Under the pieces are notes generated by a model that was not told where the DNA came from, searched no databases, and was given only the letters and a program-made list of their open reading frames with translations. Positions 56,915 through 64,000 of a stretch of DNA of 64,000 nt are shown here, piece by piece. Origin of the DNA: the human T2T-CHM13v2.0 reference genome, Homo sapiens. A program made the position numbers and the translations under genes. The stretch lies in assembly GCF_009914755.1 (NCBI RefSeq), contig NC_060943.1; one strand, 5' to 3'. How positions within the stretch are numbered: position 1 is the first letter of the stretch; each line of letters opens with the position of its first letter.

Positions 56915-59745
56915 GCGCCCAGGCCCAGGGAGACGGGATGGAGACACGGGGCAGGACCTTCCTTCCACGGAGCCTGCGGCTGCCGGGCGGGTGGCGCTGC
57001 CGAGTCCGGGCCGGGGCCTCTGCCCGCGGGAGGAGATTTTTTTTTTTCATATTTTTAACAAATGGTTTTTATTTCACAGTTATCAGGGGATGTACATCTC
57101 TCCCTCCGTACACTTCGCGCACCTTCTCACCTTTTGTCAACGGCAAAGGCAGCCTTTTTCTGGCCTTGACTTATGGCTCGCTTTTTTCTAAAAAAAAAAA
57201 AAAAAAGAAAGAAAGAAAAAAAGCAACGAAACATAAAACACACAAGCGCCCCGTGCCCCCAGTGACTCTGGGCCTCACAGAGCCCCCGCCAGCCAGCATG
57301 GGGCCCCGCCCTGCAGCCAGTCACGCGCCCCCACACCGCAGCCCCCCGTGGCTGTCCTTCCAACCCCACGTGCTTTTTCTTTCTCCTGCCCGCTTCTTTT
57401 CTTCATCACAAAAGGCGTGGAGACTCGGAGACGGACGTTTTTCCCCTTTTTTAAGTTATTGACGCCCAGCGCGCCTCGCCTCTTCACCCATCAACGCTGT
57501 GCTTTGCCCACTGGACTCCTGAAGAGGGGGTGGGGGGCTCCCTCGGTCGCCCACCCTGGGAAGTGCCTAACCTTTTATTTTATTTTATTTTTTTGAGGAA
57601 AAAGAACGCCTGACTCACAGGTTGAAGAAACACCCTGGGCCCTCTGTCATGGCCGGGTTCCCCGTCCCTCTGCAGAGGCTGGGAAGGGTCCCCGGGCTGG
57701 AGCCACGGGGGCTTCTCTGGGCTGTGCCTCCGGGGCCAACACTGGCTGCTTGGGGCTGCCCGGGGACTCCAGAGGGCTGCACGGCCACCCTGCCCTGGCT
57801 AGAGCGCACCCCACCGGAGCCCACGTGGGCTGGGCGGCTGGAGGGATGGTCCCCCGGTGACACTGGGAGAAAGGCCACTTGGATGGGGGCGTTTCTGTTT
57901 TGTTCCGCTTTGTGATGTCACCAATTTGGAAACAGCGAGGGTGGGTGGGGACTTTTACAGAATATTCTCAGGTGTGTACCCGAGAGGCAGAGAGAGGGAC
58001 GTGGCCGGCAGCTCTGTGCGTGGCCTTGTCCCAAGCACTTGCGCCCGCCCCCGAGCGCCGCCCCCGGGGAGCGGGAAGCCAGCACTCGCACTTTGGCCAG
58101 GGGCGCGTGGAAGGTGGTGGCAGGCACCGGCCTGGGCAGCTTCCAGGCCTGGCTGGCCACGACCACGGCCCGAGGGGGAGCCCGCCAGGCCACGCCGCAC
58201 TGAGCCACAGCCCCGGGGGCCGCCTCCCGGGGCCCCTTGAGGCACTGAGGCACCGAGACTGGTTCTCCCCGAGAGACTCGGAAGGTGGGGAACGAGGGGA
58301 CTGTGTTTGGGGAGGTGGCTTTTTCGTCTGCTGTTGACTGAACACTACAGCGCCCTGTGGTTCCGGGCTTCGCACAGCTGTCCCAGGGATGGATCGCCTG
58401 TGCTGCCTTCGCCCGCCGCCACACCGGGACCCTGCACGGCTGCTTCTGGCCTCGACAGATGACAAAAGAAACAGCCCCAAAATACGACCACTCCAACCAG
58501 CAGTTCCCGCCTGCCTGCCCGCCACTGTCAGGCCTGCCCTGGCCTCCTCGTCCGCAGGGCTGTCTGCTGGCTTCTGGGGGCAGAAGAGCGGGGAGCCCCG
58601 TGGAAGGGTCAGGGGAGACCAGGTCAGGGCAGCTACATTTCTGGTGATCAGCCCCATGGGGAGACGGGGCTGGCGGGATACCGCCCCCCCGGCTTCCCCA
58701 CACCACTTCTGTCTCACCCGGAAGCGTCCTTTTTTTGTGCCAGGTGTCTACCTAAGAGGGTTGGTGCCAGAAGCCCCCCATGGCGAGTGCTGGGGCCCGG
58801 CGGTGCCCTGGGGGAGCAGATGGGGCCACCCCTGGCAGGGCCGCTACAACTTTTTCCAGCAGCGGAGCCCTCTGGGGGGCCTGTGCTTGTGGCATCTCTG
58901 AGGGCCCAGATTGCACAAGGTGACCTGGCCGTGGCCTGAGGGTGGAGTCGCCCAGCACGCAGGCAGGGGCGCTGCGGGGCTAAGTATTAGGCCTTCCCAG
59001 GGAGGGGGCGTGCCAAGCATCCCAGAGCCGGGCTGGGACCGCCAAAACGTCGTGGCCTGGATCCTCTGGGTCTGAGTGCCTGATCCCCTGCCCCCCAAAA
59101 AAGCAGAGGTAGGTGTTGCAGGCCCAGGGCAGGGGTGCCTGCCCCAGGAGAGTCCCAGGCAGTGGTTCTCGTGCCAGTGGCACCCAGGGGCAAGGACAGC
59201 CAACCCCCACCCTTGCCACGTGTGGGGCCACGTGGGCATGTGGGGTGTGTGTTTTTACCTTGGTGAATCTCACCTGCCAACGATTTCTCGTGAGTGCCGA
59301 CCACCTTCTCCGACCATGTTACGCCCGGGCGGCAGCAGCCCCCGGCCACTGCAAACCCATGCCCTGGGTCCCCCGGCTCCCCCAGGGAGGCATCCCCGTG
59401 CCAATGTCCCCCAGTGGTGGCAGCAGATCCTGTGGCCGGCCTGGCGGACGGGACCCAGTGATACTTGTATATTACACAGTCCTGATTTCAGACAATTTCA
59501 ACCTTAATCTATTTAAAAAAGAATATTCTATACAAGCTGTTTTTAAGCCTTTTACCATTTGAAATGCATGTGTTGTGCGCGTTGGGGATGGGAGGAGGGG
59601 CTGAGGAGCGGCTCAGTGTCACCTCCCACAGCCACCGGCCCTGACCCTTAATCCAGACACCGATGGAAGTCGACTTTTCATATCTTTCTCCTGAAATGAA
59701 CTCTGTTTTAAATTGGAATAAATTTTGTTCCTAAATGCTGGCGGC
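56915..59745 (+). other. GNA11: GNA11 3'UTR (~2.8 kb, Alu-free)
   Basis: Runs from the stop codon to the first canonical AATAAA I found downstream. U-rich blocks at 57035-57240, 57570-57600 and 59460-59580. Confidence 0.85.
59717..59722 (+). terminator. GNA11: Polyadenylation signal AATAAA
   Basis: GGAATAAATTTTGTTCC followed by a U/GU-rich element (TTCTGGTTTATTTCCTGTTGT) at ~59750-59770. Confidence 0.85.
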
Positions 59746-60139
59746 CCCCTTCTGGTTTATTTCCTGTTGTCCTTCAAAGGGGGCTGGGGGGAAGTGTGCA
59801 GAGGCCTGGCCCCCAGGAGCCCTGGAGTTACCTAGGGCATTGCCTGACCTCAGTGGGGCCGCCTGGGTGCCTCCGCACGGTGTCCCGGGGCCCCTCCCCT
59901 GTCATCTTGTTTGACCCTTCACTTCAAGTTCATTTCACTAGCACCAGGCCAGAGCAACCTGCTTGGGAAATGCCACCTTGTTTGGGGGCTGGGGACAAGG
60001 GAGTGAGACGGGGAGGAGCCCAGGTCCCAGGCCAGCCTGCCCCTCACCTTCCAGGGCACCTGTGGGGACATCATGCCCTCCGGGCCTCCGTTTCTGTAAG
60101 CTGCGGATGTGGGACCTCTGCAGCCTTCCTTCAGTTATT

Positions 60140-61631
<1,492 letters not shown>

Positions 61632-62338
61632 TGATAAAGTGGTGCGTGAGTAGCATCCTGGGAGACAGGAAGGGAAGGAGCCATGCTGTGGCCTGAGGGT
61701 GAGCCAGGCAGAGGCACAGCTTGTGCAAAGGTCCTGGGGCAGGACCATGCCTGATGTGTTGGAGGAGCAGCGAGGAGGCCCGTGTGGTTGGAGCGGAGGG
61801 AGGGGGGGAGGGCAGGGAGGGTTGGTCTTTTACCCTCAGAGGGAGGTGGGAGCCCTGGAGGGACGCAGGCAGAGCAGAGACAGGACCTGACAGGTGCTCA
61901 CAGGCGGCCTCTGGTGGCTGCTGCTGGGAGGACAGACAGGGGCGAGGGCGGGAGCCAGGGGACAAGGCTGGTGCAGGTGGCAATGATAGGTGTGGATCAG
62001 ATGGCAGAAGCAGAGGTGGGTGAGTCAGCTAAGGGGCGTTGAGTGCTGGGGGGAGCTGGGCCCGGCATGGATATCGCAGGTGCGTATAGTGCCCCCAGTG
62101 GCCAGCAGGAGTCGCCCCAGACAGCTCCTTGCCTGCCCCTAGCCCCCTGCCCATCCTAAAAGGAAAACCGAGGCACAGAGGGTGAGCGTCTTGCCTGAGG
62201 CAGCTTGCCCTGACGGCTGGCCAGTCCTTCCTAGGTCCTGACAACAGCCCTAGCCTGTTCAGCTGGGCAGGCAGCTCCAGCACCCCCCGCAGAATCCATA
62301 GGACCCGGAGCAAAATGAAAACACAGGGTCCCTGTTTA

Positions 62339-64000
<1,662 letters not shown>

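Overview
Human (hominid) genomic DNA containing the complete GNA11 gene (G-protein alpha-11) on the + strand. The 7 coding exons lie between 30404 and 56914 (1080 nt, 359 aa), with all GT-AG junctions read from the sequence and wild-type R183 and Q209. There is a CpG-island promoter at ~29.7-31 kb and a ~2.8 kb 3'UTR ending after AATAAA at 59717. From recall this is 19p13.3 between TLE5/AES and GNA15; neither gene is in the window. The upstream 29.7 kb is gene-free and very Alu-dense. The least explained signals are non-coding: (1) two local inverted duplications (arms 2238-3050/4430-5570 and 10721-11135/11800-12206), each enclosing a CpG- or motif-rich spacer; (2) seven MER20-like copies, plus L1M- and L2-like pairs, that share the same mostly GC-ward changes from the family consensus as I recall it, suggesting regional copying or homogenisation of dead repeats; (3) a truncated AluYb8 with no visible TSD, an Alu whose linker is replaced by a (CG)/(CA) tract, G-rich intronic minisatellites, and a U-rich/A-rich 3'UTR element. 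Repeat family names and boundaries were assigned by eye and are approximate.
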